From Phoronis australis (lineage: Eukaryota > Animalia > Phoronida), in the NCBI GenBank assembly GCA_002633005.1, contig NMRA01000004.1:501846-565845 (forward strand): a DNA stretch of 64,000 bases, in the 5' to 3' direction. Within the stretch, counting starts at the first letter, position 1. Each line of letters opens with the position of its first letter. The translations under genes and the position numbers were made by a program. The notes below the pieces were generated by a model. The model was not told where the DNA came from, did not search any database, and was given only the letters and a program-made list of their open reading frames with translations. Of the stretch, positions 14,285 through 28,300 are shown piece by piece.

Positions 14285-14866
14285 TGCTGTACGTGAACTT
14301 GGAATCCAGGCGTGCGTTCAGTAGACGCTAGGACCTAGCTAAAATCTAGTCAAGGTCACGGTCACGTGTTCTCATTTAAAATACACGGCAATATCTCACG
14401 TAATCTCGCGAAGTCTTGCTTTTTAGCAAGGTCCTAGCGTTACTGAATGGGAGGCTGCATAATCTCAAGATGAAGCGGAAGTGAGTGTTGCGTGAACTTG
14501 GAATATGCGAGGCAACTTGACAAGTTCACTCAAGTAATCACGTTCATGTTCATAAAAATTTGCACTGCACTAAATCAAGTTGCATTTGAATAAAATAATG
14601 TCAATTTTAACCAACCTTTTCAGCTACGGGCGATCATTTTCACCAAACAATAATCGATTTAGCCATTCACATATAACTTCGGTTCAGCGACACAAGTTAT
14701 GGTAAAGGAGAAAATGGTTGATTGCGAGGCTAATAGTTACAAAAATTATTTTCACCGAACAAAAATTTCACTTTTTTTGCCTGAAAAATTATTCAATTCC
14801 AAGTTCATGCAACACTCACTTCCACTTAATCTTGAGATTAAGCAGGATTCCAAGTTCACGCACAGC
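14285..14866. mobile_element. MITE with long TIRs, with a second small MITE nested in its left arm
   Basis: gctgtacgtgaacttggaatcc / ggattccaagttcacgcacagc, and aatctcaagatgaagcggaagtgagtgttgcgtgaacttggaat / attccaagttcatgcaacactcacttccacttaatcttgagatt. Nested ttcagtagacgctaggacctagctaaaa ... ttttagcaaggtcctagcgttactgaa at about 14317-14447. Confidence 0.7.
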
Positions 14867-14900
14867 AGCTTTTGGTCCATATTACTTTATTAGGCATATA

Positions 14901-15291
14901 GCGTTGTTTCAGCCCAAACTGATGCCTGCTCCAAACTGATTTGGCGCATTTTAATTTGGCACGGGTTGGTGAGCCAAACTGATGGCTGGCCTAAACTAAA
15001 GCTCATCGTAAATTTTCAAATGAATCAAGACTGAAATTGACAACTATGTCAATAGGTGTGGGGTGGTGCGTAATAATTTCTCAGGGCACTTCCCCTGTGT
15101 AATTAATCTATGTGACATCTGCATGCGTTTGCAGTCATTGTCATCAACTTCAGTTCTGATAAACGTTAAAAATCAGTAAACCACTGAAAGTAATTTGGGA
15201 ACTTGGGGTAGCTTCACTTTGGTGCATTCATCAGTTTGCCTCACCAACCCATGGCAAATTGAAGTGCGTCAAATCAGTCTGGTGTAAACGC
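14901..15291. mobile_element. MITE with long imperfect TIRs
   Basis: ccaaactgatttggcgcattttaatttggcacgggttggtgagccaaactgatg versus catcagtttgcctcaccaacccatggcaaattgaagtgcgtcaaatcagtctgg. Confidence 0.6.
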
Positions 15292-15801
15292 AGCTGATTA
15301 AAGGTGCCTGTGTGCTAACAAAGGTCATTGAAATATGTTGGTACTTATAGGTTTGAGCCCAAAACTAAGTGAAATCTTAAAATCAACAAATTCTTGATGA
15401 GGTTGGCAGAATCGGATAGCTAACTGGAAAATTGAATACGGGAAGTGGTACAATACTCTTTTAAATCGCAGATTAAGTTTAAAAAACATTTAACACTGAG
15501 TTTGCTAGTTTAATTTAGTGATAGCGTTCCTGACTGATTTTTGATATTGAGCTAATATCTAAAAGGAATTGGGAGTATTGACCTCTTTGTTGTACCTGAT
15601 TCCTCGACCAACATGTGAGCCTCGACTGGCCTTTATTTGAGCCTTACGCGGGGGAAACTGTTAACAAAGTTAATTGAGGTTGGGACTATTTGTCCCTCTA
15701 AATGTGTGAATGAACCCATGCTTTGCACCTTCTGTTTCATCCGCAGTGTTCTGGTATGGCCTACCTGAAACAATTTGACTACAGCCTTTCTTCTGTACTA
15801 G

Positions 15802-18800
15802 GTTGCGGAAGCTGTCACAGCATTAACAGTTCTGCTGAAACAGAAACACAAGAAAGATCTGCTAGTGCCAGATGATGAGACCAGAATAAGCATACAACTG
15901 TCCTTCAAGAAGATCCCATCTGCAAAACAGACTATCAAGATGTCAGTGGTTATTTAACTTTTAGTACTGATGGGCTGAACTCAAAATTCTAAGCATGTGG
16001 CATTGGTGCACTTGTATTTATTTGCTAAAAGAAACTTTAAATAATTGCTGCAGCACCGAGTGGAGTTACCTAGTTGCCATTATGTGCTGCCATCTCTTGG
16101 CATTATTCCCTGACAAGTATCGTGTATGCTATATGTGCATTTCTGGTTTACTTTGAAGTAACGGTTTGTCACTATCAATTTTGATAGTCCGTGAACAAAT
16201 CACGGTAGCAAAAGGCTTGCACATTTTGTCCTTATACACTTCAGTTCTTTTGAGCAAACACGAATGATATCAACAGATTTTGTTCAATAGTGAGCCGTTC
16301 ATTATGTTTGCTCAATGGAAGTAAATGCAGATTTAGGATACTGGCCATTTTGGGCTGTTTACGTTTCGGTGGTTTCAAGGCCAGGGAAACAGTTGTTAAC
16401 GCTGAAATATATGTGTTCAAGATACCCAAGACTTTCTCAGTCTGTGCAGAGGATGTATTTTCAGGGAAATTACTTTATTCTTAAAGTTGCTATAAACCAA
16501 CCCTTCGATAAATAATGATCTTTTATTGCACTTACCATCATAAAACTGGTCTCGACATATTCTTTGCTCAGATAAGAAGTGATTCTGTGCTTGAGATGAA
16601 CTGTTGCTTAGATCAGTCACGGCATGTAAACTGATTCGGCTGTCCGAGTCGATTTTTTAAGCCTGGGATGAACTGTTGCTTAGATCAGACATGGCATGTA
16701 GACTAACTCGGCTAGCCGATCTGTCTTGTTAAGCCTGGGATGAACTGTTGCTTAGTTCAGGAATCTCATCTTGTTAAGCCTGGTTTTGAGCACTGGCAAA
16801 CTTTCAGTTATGCCTATGTTGATGGATCTCTTGCAATTTGAGCAAGGAACGAGTTGAAACCAGTTTTGTTTCTGCAAGTTGTCAAAGTATACTGATTTGA
16901 TGGAAGGCTGGTGTACAGCAATTTCAAGTGGCAATTGACTTAAAGAGGTACTAATGCGGTGCACGTGCTTGATATTGAATCTGTTCAGTTTTATTACAGC
17001 ATTAATTATGGTAAACATTGACAATTAATGATGTTTGCCCAGAAAGTGTCAAAAGCATTGTATCTGGGTGGGTGTCAGACGTCTTGTACTATCAAATTAG
17101 GTCTGTCACTAGTTCTACAAAAATTCTTATCTCCTGACCTAATAGTGATAACAATATTGAGAATACTTTTTCTGAAGGCATGGCTTCGAAAAACTTGTCC
17201 GGGAGTTTCCTTTTAGTTTTTTCCTGTGTCACCACACTCATCTGTTTAGATGTTTTTACTACTTTTTTGGTGAGTTTGCCAATATGAACTGTCTGGTAAT
17301 TTGGCCATGATTTTTGGTGACTCATACCCATCTGTTTGGACAATTTTTTACTACTTTGGTGGTGAGTTTTGCCAATACGAAATGTCTGGTAATTTGACCT
17401 TGATGTTTTAGTGACTTGCCAACACCATTGGTTACAAAAACCACTGATGTTTGCCTGTTTGTGAAAGACCTTGACAAGAAAAATAGAGACTTTGGCCCCA
17501 CAATCCAGCACTACAAAGATTTACTGGCCAGTAATAAGGTTACTGCGATAACACAGGTAATTAGCTGTTAAAGCGCCATCTTTAGTGGTTCACTGTTTTG
17601 GAGTGGAACCTGTTGTTTTGGTTCTCAAATACTGCGACTTGGATTTTTTAATTACGCGTGATAACACCAGGAACTGAATGGAGTTCACTAACTGCTTCAG
17701 TGGAAAGATTTACTGTGTGGTTCTCTCCAGTTTGAAGTTTGTGATTTTTGCTGTTAGGACCTTATTAGTGCTGCGTGGAAATTTAAATATTGTGCAAGTT
17801 TGAATGATTTGATAGAACTGTAAATATTAATTTTGGGACTAATATCAGCGCATAAAAATTAGTGAAGTTTTTGTTACTCTGGGTAGTTATGGGTTTTCTT
17901 TGTATTTTGGAATCTGTTCATAAGGTGGTGTTTTCACGAGCCATGACTGAAGTTGAGCACGGGGTAACGGTGAAATGCTGTTATGCAGCAGTGTCTGGTA
18001 CACTACCATGTTGTATATTCCTGGTCAACTGTCTTTGTGGATTTTTATCATAGTTAAAACTGTGTTTCTGTCTCGTTCTGTTCAAAAACCCAAAATCAAA
18101 ACTAGATCACGGCTTCAAAATACTCTTGCCATAAAAACTTGCGTGTTTTAAAAATATGACTAGCTTTTCCAAGATATCACTGCTTCACTCAATCTCGGGA
18201 TATCTTCAATTCCTGCTGACACTATTGTATTAAATAATAATTTTTGAAATATTAAGACTAATTTTGTCAAATTTTGGAGACAATGCTTTGATCAATGTTC
18301 TGTTGAGAATTACCGATCTGTAGACTATTACAGTAACAACTCATTCTGCTTCTAATTTGCTGTACATTTTCATCTGCAGGTCATTTCTTTGAAGCAACTA
18401 AAACTGGAATACCAGCCACATGAAGCGAAGCGGAATCTATCCAATCAGTTTGATGTTTTCTTGGCTGATGAGCGAATCATGAGGCTCCTGCCATCTCAGC
18501 TTGGCGCTTCATTTTATAAACGTAAAAGGTACCCAAGGTGTTCCAGGTTTTCTGTGATATTCTATGAATTCTGTGTCTGTTCTGCCTGTCAGTCTTCACA
18601 CGAATGTGCAGTTGGGGTTGTTCTGGGAGCACAGTAGTTTGAAACTCAGGCGTCGAAAAATTGAACCCTAATTTAATGGTATTATTTGAACCAGCGATGA
18701 AAACCAAGTTGCAAGTAGTCATGTTCATTACTAGAATTAAAATTGAGTTTTGTGTTCATGAAAAGCACAGTTATTTGGTTATCACAGATATGTCGTAGTT

Positions 18801-21429
18801 ACATACTTCAATTGAGGTCATCTAGTTGCCGTTGGTTAGGTGATGACTAGTTAAATTGATTCAGTCTTTGCCCAGACTAGTAGTAAGAATAAACTTCCCT
18901 ACACAGTACCTTTATGATTATGTGGGACAGTAGAAAAATCTCCAAGTTACCTAACTTTGGTTGGTCGGATTGGTACAAACTTTCAAAAGCTACGCTTTAT
19001 GTAATAGCTTCTAAAATGCTTCAGCATTTGTTTTTAACCTGTTCCTATTTTGATGAAGTTCCATCAAGAAATAGAAATTTTATAAAAATTTCATGAAAAA
19101 AGCGAAATGTAACAGGGTAAATTAGATTTCACCATGAACATGTACATCAAATGAAATGTGGCCATGTTATTGATCAAATTGTTTTGCCACCAATGTACCT
19201 TTATTGTTTGCTAAATTTTATTGAGAGACATGTTCATGTGACTCAATCAATGAGAGATTAGTAAAAAGACTAAAATAAAATTCTCCAGGTCCTGGCTCTC
19301 TACTTTTAGTAAATGTATACTTTTCCTGGGTTAAATTCTATACTTTTGTAGATATTTGCCTAAGCACACAAACTTGTTGATAAGGTTGTACGTTACCTTA
19401 TAACAAGATATTTATCGCCTTAAATGTATTAAAAAATTTAAATAAATTTCTCTGATTGTAGGCAGCCTTCACAGGTTAACCTACAGGTCAAAGACTTGAA
19501 AAAGGAGATTACGCGAGCGTTGACTACAGCAAGATGTTCCATAACAGCCAAGGGGTCGTGCTGGTATGTAGAAATTTATAGTTGGGGGAGGCCAACTCTG
19601 CAACATAACAGCATGCGTAGAGGGAACAAGAAACAAGGTGTGCTTTAGGTCTTGAACTCATTTAGAAACTTTTCCTCTTGCCAAATGTTGCCATGTACAG
19701 TGTGACCCACAAAGTTAATCAGTCCTACAAAAATCCATTTATTTTCATTGGTAGGTTTAAACTTAAGTTTGTTTATTTAAATAGACCAGGGCATACTAGT
19801 CTTACGTTGTAGTCTAAATCTCATGAAATAGGACAGTGTACAATGAGGTGACGTGTTGGTGGTGACAGCTGATGCAGCAAATATTCATAGTACTGTTAGA
19901 GTAGGTGTTGGAAGAAAAGCATGTTTGATATTTCATTCAGTACAGTTATTGTAAACAAGCATTGTCACTGTTCTAGCATGGTAGCAGTTGGTCACACAGG
20001 ATTGTCCAAGGAGCAGTTGATAGAAAATATTGTGACAGCTGCGAAATGTCTTGGTGACAAAATCCCGGGTGGACCTGGCAATGTACGTGCCATGTGTATC
20101 AAGGGAGACCAATCCAACTCTGTTCCAATATACTTTTGTGATGGTGAGTAATGACAGAAAAGAACATGCAATACTTTTGTCAGAAGCTTATGTATCATAA
20201 TCCCATTTCGTGTTCTTCAAAGATACACAAAATTCAAACTACCATAAATCCCATTTGCAACAGAAAACCAGCTGCAGAAGCAATCAATGGCCAGCCCATA
20301 AAATCTTTAGCGGTTTGAAACCATAAAAGCGACATCTGTTTGACCCAATTTCAAATTCTGATAGTCGGGGTGAGATAACGAAGACAAAACATTAATATAT
20401 TTCAGTCATGAACATTTGACAGACTTTTTACATGCAGCAATGCCGATTTGGCAGCATGGTGATAACACAAATTTAAAAATAAAAAACACTTAGAAATTTC
20501 ATTGCTTTAAAATCTCCCCAGTTACATGTTAACTATAGGTGGCGTTGCACATTTGCACACAAAATTCTTTTATTGTCATCTTACAATATTAAATTTCATC
20601 ATGTTGCTGCTGTATCAACAAATGGATTTCAGTGATCTTGGGAATTTTTAAAAATGCCACTGTACAACACTTAAAAAATCATTTTTGTAATATCTACAGA
20701 ATGATGTAATCATAAGAAGTTGATACTCATTTGCAAGTCTGCATTTCAATTGACTATTAATTATGTTTATAAATAATGCTTACAGGCTCGTCGAATGATG
20801 TAACGCTTCCCAAGAAAAAGAAAGTGACGGAAAAGGTCGAGCCAGAAGATGTCACCACTGTTGAAGGAGGGAAGGTCAAAGTTGATCGATTTAGTCGCAT
20901 AACTGTTGTTAGTGATGGTCATCGAAAAAGGAAGTTGGAGGCACCCCCGACGGGTGAAGAATTTTCATCTGCCGTGAAAGTTGATGACGCAGAAATAAAA
21001 ACCCCAGCTAAGAAGAAAAAGAAATCAAGTGTGAAGAAGGAAGTGAAAGAAGGTAGTTCAAGCAACATGAGTCCGAGTGTTGGCAAAGAGAAATTGTCAG
21101 CCAAGAAAGAATGTATTGTACAGCCAATAAAGGAGAACGCCGAGTCTGACAGCTCCAGTGATGAGGAAGGTGAAGTAGAAAAAATGTACGAGCAAAAACT
21201 GTCATCAAGGAAAAAGAAAGCAAGTATTGATAGGCCAGAAAAGGAGACCCTGTCTGCTCAAAAGAAGAAGGTAAAGAAACAAACTGAGATGTCAGATAAT
21301 GTGAAAACACCAGCAAAGACTGGGAAGAAAACCCCTAAAAGTTCCAAGAAGAACCTCGAGAAGATTAGTGGAACTCCAAACATAACTCCCAAAATTAAGA
21401 CACCGAAATCAGTCAAAAAGGGACAGTAA
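15802..21429 (+). CDS. RSL1D1: Ribosomal L1 domain-containing protein 1 (first coding exon not identified)
   Basis: Exons 15802-15941 (VAEAVTAL...SFKKIP), 17412-17556 (DLPTPL...DVCLFVKD), 18380-18528 (ISLKQLKLEY...FDVFLADERIMRLLPSQLGASFYKRK), 19462-19563 (QPSQVNL), 19977-20143 (VGHTGLSKEQLIENI...VPIY), 20786-21429 (Lys-rich tail with KTP repeats, TAA). Phases are compatible and the motifs match RSL1D1/Cic1. Confidence 0.9.
16596..16783. repeat. ~70-bp tandem repeat, about 2.5 copies
   Basis: gatgaactgttgcttagatcag...ggcatgta...ttaagcctgg repeated. Confidence 0.75.
17239..17397. repeat. ~90-bp tandem duplication upstream of an RSL1D1 acceptor
   Basis: catctgttt...tttttactacttt...ggtgagtttgccaata...tgtctggtaatttg occurs twice. 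Confidence 0.65.
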
Positions 21430-22336
21430 TGAACTAGTTCAAGCATTTGATGGGAGAGTGAACAACAGAAAAAATCAGTTTCTTTGATAAAGCCAACTTG
21501 GCTAAAAATATTGAATGTAGACTTTGCTTCAAATAATCATTTTCAATCCAGTGTATCGATAATAAAATATAGAGGAAGCACTACTTTTATTAAGCATTTA
21601 AAAGTAAAGTGTGTCAGATACAGAATGAGAAATTACATTTAATCTATTCATTGGTAAGGTCTTGGACATTTCACAAACACAGCAAAGAACATCATATTCA
21701 GAGACACGACAATAAAAGCAAAATGTGGACAGTTGCAAATCACAAGCACGGACTAAACACAGTTGTATTGTGACGAATATGACAGCAGGGTTACAGTTGA
21801 GGGGTCTGCCAAATAGATATTCTCAGTACTATCTCAAAAGTTGGAAAAAAGGAATTGCATATACAATCTGAAAAGTAATCATGGGATGGTCCCATTTCCT
21901 CTTGTTCCCAACTATTGCATCCAGTTATGATTGTAGTTTGTGACTGGGCCTTTACAATGACTGACCTACGATTTTGTCGATGGGAAGTTTTTTTGTGTTT
22001 CTGGCCATGTGGGAGTTTGAACCCAAATGGATCCACTACTCTTTAAGTCTAATTGTTCCATAACGAGACAGATCTCAATTGGCGGGATCGGATGAGAATT
22101 GCCCAACATGTGACCAAGTCATAAATCAACTTTTCCCCAATAGGTGTTGCATGTGTCATACAACTGAGTTCGTTCTCTTGCAACATTGAAGCCAAACGAG
22201 CACATTTACAGTTCCCACTCACTCAACACCTCCATACTTTAGTTTAAGTACATTTAAATGATGGTTAATAAATTAAGTTAGCAATCCATTCAGCAGAACT
22301 AATGCACAACTAGCCTTTGCTGCAGATCAGTCATTT

Positions 22337-25300
22337 CTAATACAGAATGGTCTCCTCTTTTGGTTGAGCATACCCTCTGGAAGAACTGCTGATAGCTTTA
22401 TTGGTAAGGACAAGTTCAAGCTCCTGAAAGTCTATGAGTCTTTGTATGTCTTTGTCCTTTCGCACAATAGTGTCGGGCTGCTTTCGGATTTTGTACACCA
22501 AGGACCTTTCCACATTCAGCTCTTCGCACAATGTAGTCACCAGGTCCTCATAAGTGAGATTGTCTCTATCCAGTTCTATTTCAATATAGTCCGTTTCTAC
22601 ATGGTTGGCAATGCGTACCTTCAAAACCAATTCTGAAAAGAAATTAAACTGTTGTCTGCTGGTTTGGTAACTGGCCCAATTATAATGCACAAACAACAGA
22701 ATTAATGAGGAATATAATATGGCTACTTTATACAACGGTTTTAGCTTGTAAAAGTTACAATTCTGAATGGTTTTCAAAATTCAAAATCCTAATCAAGTTC
22801 ACTTTTCACAAACTATTCCAATTTGCTATTTAAAAACTTTCAAAGCAAAAATTAAATTCAAAAATACTATTGTCAATCCCACTTTGTTTATGATAGGTCT
22901 GATTATCTAGAGAACGGTAATATCAGCAGCCTGAGGTAATGTAATTAACTACAACAGCATAGAGTCTTTGATTAATGCAGCAGATTTTGAGGTACGGAAA
23001 CCGGTCGAGTTGGCATTTTCGATCAGTGAGGGTTCATGAGTTTTCCTTGAAAAGAACACCAAGGCATTAAACTACACTCGTAAAAAAAGCTTTCTTGAAG
23101 AACAAAGTTAGCAGTAAACATGAGAATTTTAATATGATGGACATTTTAATTGTCAGCATAATACCAAAAAATTCTAATTGATGTTGACTCCAGAATACAT
23201 CACCACGAGGTTAGGAATGCGTCTGCAAGTAGCCAGATAAGTGATACGATTTGAAACTCATTGCAGGCAAAAATTCATACCTTTGCTATATCAATATGAA
23301 TTAATCACAATCACTACAACTAATCACAATGAATGTAAACTAACAAAAAATAAGACCACAAGTTGTAAGAACTGTCATAACCCCATTTTAGAGCGCAATA
23401 ACTATTTTCATATCTGAAATCTCCTCTGGCCATGTTTGTATTTCAGCAGCTGTCTAATGGAATAAACTGGGTCACTGAGCCTATAACTATTCCCAGCTAA
23501 GCAAAACTCATTATTGATTAGGTTTCTCTGCTACTGCCAGAGTATGAGAGACAGTGTTTGTTAAGCCAAATTCGCCGAGAGTATAAAAGCTAACTTCACA
23601 ACATATGTACTGCAAACACTTGTTTTATGAAGACTTAGGATATCAGTGAAATCAATAGAATTAGTGTGCCCAAATACATTCACAGATCACCTCTAACCCA
23701 TTAAACACAACCCGGCAGTTTATTAGGATCTAAAATAAGAATGTTAATCTAATAACTGCAATGAACGTGAATATTTAAGGACCTCAGGCAGATAACTTTA
23801 AGCAAATATACAAAATTATGAGCACTGTTATAGTATGCTTAAGATAATAGGATACCATTGTTACCAAGAATTGACTTTCTGGTGGACTGCGCTTGCAGTA
23901 ATCAATCGAAAGGTTCCTTGTTGTACTTATATTAGGGCTGTTCCAGCAAAATCTGTATGGGAGGGGGGGGAAGGCACTTTTATTTCGTACCCACCGCCCA
24001 TATTTTTCATTTATTTCTCCAACACATGACCCATAATTTTTTAATTATTTTAAATAGGTTAAAATATAAAATCCAACACTTGCAAACAAATTGCTTCCAG
24101 GAGGACCTGTTAAGAACTTAGATGATTGACAGACAAGAACCAGTTGTCTTGTCCAATATTGTCAAAAACTAAAATAGCCTGTTAGCAATACTTTTGACAG
24201 TCACCAGGTGTCTCTGTTCACCATGTGTCTATAATTTCAATGAACATTTTTCCATTTATAAGGATCTATGAATCTCAAACTGTGACTTCCGGTAAAATGG
24301 CGCCAGCACAAAACGTGCGTTTTGCTAGTCTGTAAATTTTCAAAGTTATCTTCACCTTGGTGCTTGAAATGGGACGTACAAAAAGAGCCACATCATCTCC
24401 TGCACCAAAAGACGGCGAAGAAGTGCCAGAGAATGAACCAGAGTGGTTTTCATCATTAAAGAGTGAGTTGAAAAGGTCTAATATGGAGATTATGAACGAG
24501 CTCGGTCACATAAAAGAATCGTTAAACTTAGCCTTTAACACTGCGGAAGAAGCCTTAGCAAATTCCAAACAGTGTGCAGAGAAAATTGCTTTGTTGGACA
24601 AAGAAAACGGGTATTTGAAATCCAAAATCATATCTCTCGAAATGCATTCTAGAAGGAACAATCTCGTGTTTGTGGGGATCCCGCAAACCCAGGATATGTC
24701 GTGTGAGAACAGTTTATCTATAGTGCTAAAGCGATATATGGGCCTTGACAACATCTCTTTTGAAAGAGTGCACCCTATTGGCGATAAAGGTACTATAATT
24801 GCTAAGTTTTCGTTCTATAAACAACGACAACAAGTGTGGATGGGAAAGAGAAAGTTTCAAGGTTCGAAAATTTTTGTGAACGAGGACTTCCCTCATGAGA
24901 CTATTGTCAATCGAAAGNNNNNNNNNNNNNNNNNNNNNNNNNNNNNNNNNNNNNNNNNNNNNNNNNNNNNGTATTGGGATAAGTTAGAATATATGCCAAT
25001 TGCATTTTTTTGAGTGTTGACAGCTGAAGTAACCAACCTGTCTAACAGGTCAAAAAATACCACCCATTTTTAATGCATCACTACTTACAGGAACGACCAC
25101 CCATAATTTGAGTTTTTTTCTGAAGACCACCACCCATGAATATTTATTTCTGCTGCCTTCCTCCCCTCCCACATGGATTTTACTGGAACAGCCCTTACTA
25201 TGTTAATGAATGTCAAAGGGCAATATATACTAGTATCGTGGTAACATACAATAAAGAAGAGTTCCTATAGAGTGATCCATATCTCCAAAAAGTGCTCATG

Positions 25301-28300
25301 AATCTGCACTGGACAATGTTTTAAATTAGACGACATGTTCTTAACTATTCACAAAAAGTGATAAAAAGGGTTTATGACACTTACTACCACATTGGTAGTC
25401 AAAAAACCTCAACCGACACCGACGCTAGTTTCATCACAGTTCGGAATATGCTGCCTATCACGCTTTGCCATTTTGACAAAAGGTACGTAATATTTAGCCT
25501 GAGATAGTCTGAATCAAACCAAGTAATCAATCCACCATTCACATAAGTCGTAGCTCATGGTGATGAATATCGATAGAAGAGTCCTTACGATTCGTTGATA
25601 ATCTTGCAATATTTAGAATGAAATGAAGTGAGTTTCATCTTCACAGCTCAAGCTTTTAGTTAAAATACTTTGAATACTTTTTCATTTCTACTATTAGCTT
25701 ATAACTGAGTGAATAACAAGTCAGTAAATAATTTGCTTCGAATTTGCATATTTTTCCAAGGTCTTGCACACTACATGTACTAAAAGGAAAAATTTCTGTA
25801 CGAATTCAAATTAATTGCATAATACATAGCCCCTCATGGAAAAGAGTCTAGTAAACATTTTAAAATCATTTACTTGCTGAATTTTGGAAAACGGTGCATT
25901 AAGCACACTTTCAGATGGGCCCCCATCAGCCATTACTGAGATATGATAATACAAAGTTAGCCTAATTTGGACATTTTTCTAGGGTCCTGCAAAGCCTTAA
26001 AACCATTAATATAAATACACTAAAACTCAATCCACTATGAGGTATAATTACCGTTTTCATCACTATTTGCCACTCCGGTGTGATTCGATGAATACGTTCC
26101 TCGTTGCTGAAGAAAGCGTGACACGTCTTGGCACCTGTTCATGGAATTCCTCAGTTCACTCCCTTTTACATCCCCGGAATCAGACAGGTAGGGGAACTTG
26201 GGATGCGAAAGGTAATTCGCAGTGATTGGCAAGGTTGTTGTTTTGGTTTTTAATGGCGTTTGATCACCTCTTCCTGAAACGGAAGCAAGCACGGTAGTCG
26301 ATTAGATTCCAAAAACAAAGACGAACATCATTTGATAATCAAATAATTTTTTTTTTCCAAATACAACAGCGTTAACAATTCTACTCAATTTTAAGACAAA
26401 TTTACATGAAGCTACACATTACAAGATAAAGGTGAAAAATATGCAACTTAATACAAGAATAAATCATGTCTTCAGCAGACAGTCACTGTGCTGCAACAGC
26501 AATGTGACTGCAAGATTTAAGCCAAATTGTGTTCCACAAGGATTCTACTCTGCGACTCCAAGAACTTATTCACATACAAATTACGGACTAACTGGTTACA
26601 CCACATTATACAGATCGTTGCAGGTGACTTCATTTTGCATCCCTCCACTCTGTACGCAGTGAAACTGTGTAAAATTGAGAATGCTAGCTTGACGGATTCA
26701 AAAAGTTTTAATTGAAGGTCCACGAACAGAAACCAAAAACTGGTATACCTCCAAACAGTGCTGCTACAGCCTCACTGTCAGTAAGTTGAACAGCAACCTC
26801 TCCTTTGGCCGTTTCTAGTGACGAGTCAGCACCAGCCTCTAACAGCTGTTGAACTATTCCTGGAAACCCTCGTTTGGCAGCCCAATGAAGCGCAGTCCTA
26901 CAGTGAAATATAAACAGTTGCGGAGGTGAGGTCTGGTTGATATGGCAACATGCTACTTCCCACAAAGGATGTCTAGTGATTGAGCAGAAAACATGTCTCT
27001 AAATCAGGTAATCAGGGTCCTATATTTGCCAACTGATTTTTTTACTAGTAATTTACGTTCAAAATTTTGCCCACATCAAGACTTGAACCAGGGTTGCCCG
27101 CATGAGAGTTGAGCCTCCAAACTGTACAGTCTAGAGGCAACTGACACTTGGCAAGTGATTTCAAGTTTTATATGGCTGTACGTCACACCTGGAAGTCATA
27201 TGTTACAATACTCTTCTTCCTATGGATGAAGTGTGCTGCCCCCCCCATCTAGTTTTCTATTAGACAGTGATCACTGTTTCTATCTGGCCCATTACAGACG
27301 GTGGAGCTCATATAGGAGCTCGATACGCCGGAAGCTTTTCGGCGAATTATGCCTCACATCGACTAAAGCATCAAAATCACGTTGTTATAAAAACCTTTTG
27401 CGCATAAAGGGACACCTTAGAAGGCTGTTGATGTCTTTTAATTCCTTCCAACTCGATGAAATAACCCCGTTATCAATTTTTTTCTTTGAGCGGTCCCTCA
27501 TTCAGTTAAAAAAATCAGTAACTCGCCATTTTTACACTGCGCACACCAGGGGATATGACGTCACAGTGTTAAGAATGGTGAGTTACCGAATTTGGGAACT
27601 GAATGAGGCACTGATCGAAGAAAAAGTTTGATAACAGGAGTATTTCTTTGAGTTGCAAGGAATTATACATCAACGGCCTCCTAATCCAAGGTATCCCTCT
27701 ATGTGCAAAAGGTATTTATTACAACGTGACTTTGATGTTTTAGTCAGTGTGAGGCATAATTCGCTGAAAAGCTTCCAGTGTATGAAGCTCATATAGGAGC
27801 TCCAGTCTCTACTGGGTCAGCTAGAGGACACTGGTCGAATATAGCGGTCCCTGATTTTGAGAACGAGGCCCGTTATTCAGTGCCAGTGGATGAAACTGGT
27901 TCTCAATATCAGGGACTGCTATATCCGACCAGCGCCAGCTAGAGACGGTGATCACTTCCTAGTTTTCTATTGTTGTTAGGTGCCAATGTTGAAAATTTTG
28001 CTGACAGAGACATGAACCAGGGCTGCCCACAAGAGAGCCATGCGTCCGAACTGTTCAGCCAAAAGGCAATTGGGTAATTGTTTATAATACAATATGACGA
28101 CATAGACTTAACACATATGATTTTGGTATCATTCAATTCCTTGCAAAGTTATGTTTACAAAAATACACAGAAATTTTTCCTACCCCGTTCCCTTAATATT
28201 TTATCATGAAATTTCTTCTCGCACTATTTCCCGGTACTCGGTATAGTAATACCGCCATGTTGAATGGAGGGTGTCCCCTGTCGGTCAAAAACTGGACTAA

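Noticed and set aside
14470-14540. Candidate RSL1D1 first exon (ATGAAGCGGAA|GTGAGT or ...QLDKFTQ|GT)
   Set aside because: It lies within the inverted-repeat arm of a MITE, and the phase or start codon does not fit.
16596-16783. Repeat-spacer appearance resembling a CRISPR array
   Set aside because: The spacers are homologous to each other, the context is a eukaryotic intron, and there are no cas genes; it is a simple minisatellite.
18839-18880. GTGATGA box C followed by a stretch loosely complementary to 28S rRNA (possible C/D snoRNA in RSL1D1)
   Set aside because: Complementarity has indels, and I found no convincing box D or terminal stem.
19815-19947. Possible H/ACA snoRNA (ATAGTA ... 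ACAgtt) in an RSL1D1 intron
   Set aside because: The hairpins are weak and it lies very close to the 3' splice site; it cannot be supported without a covariance-model search.
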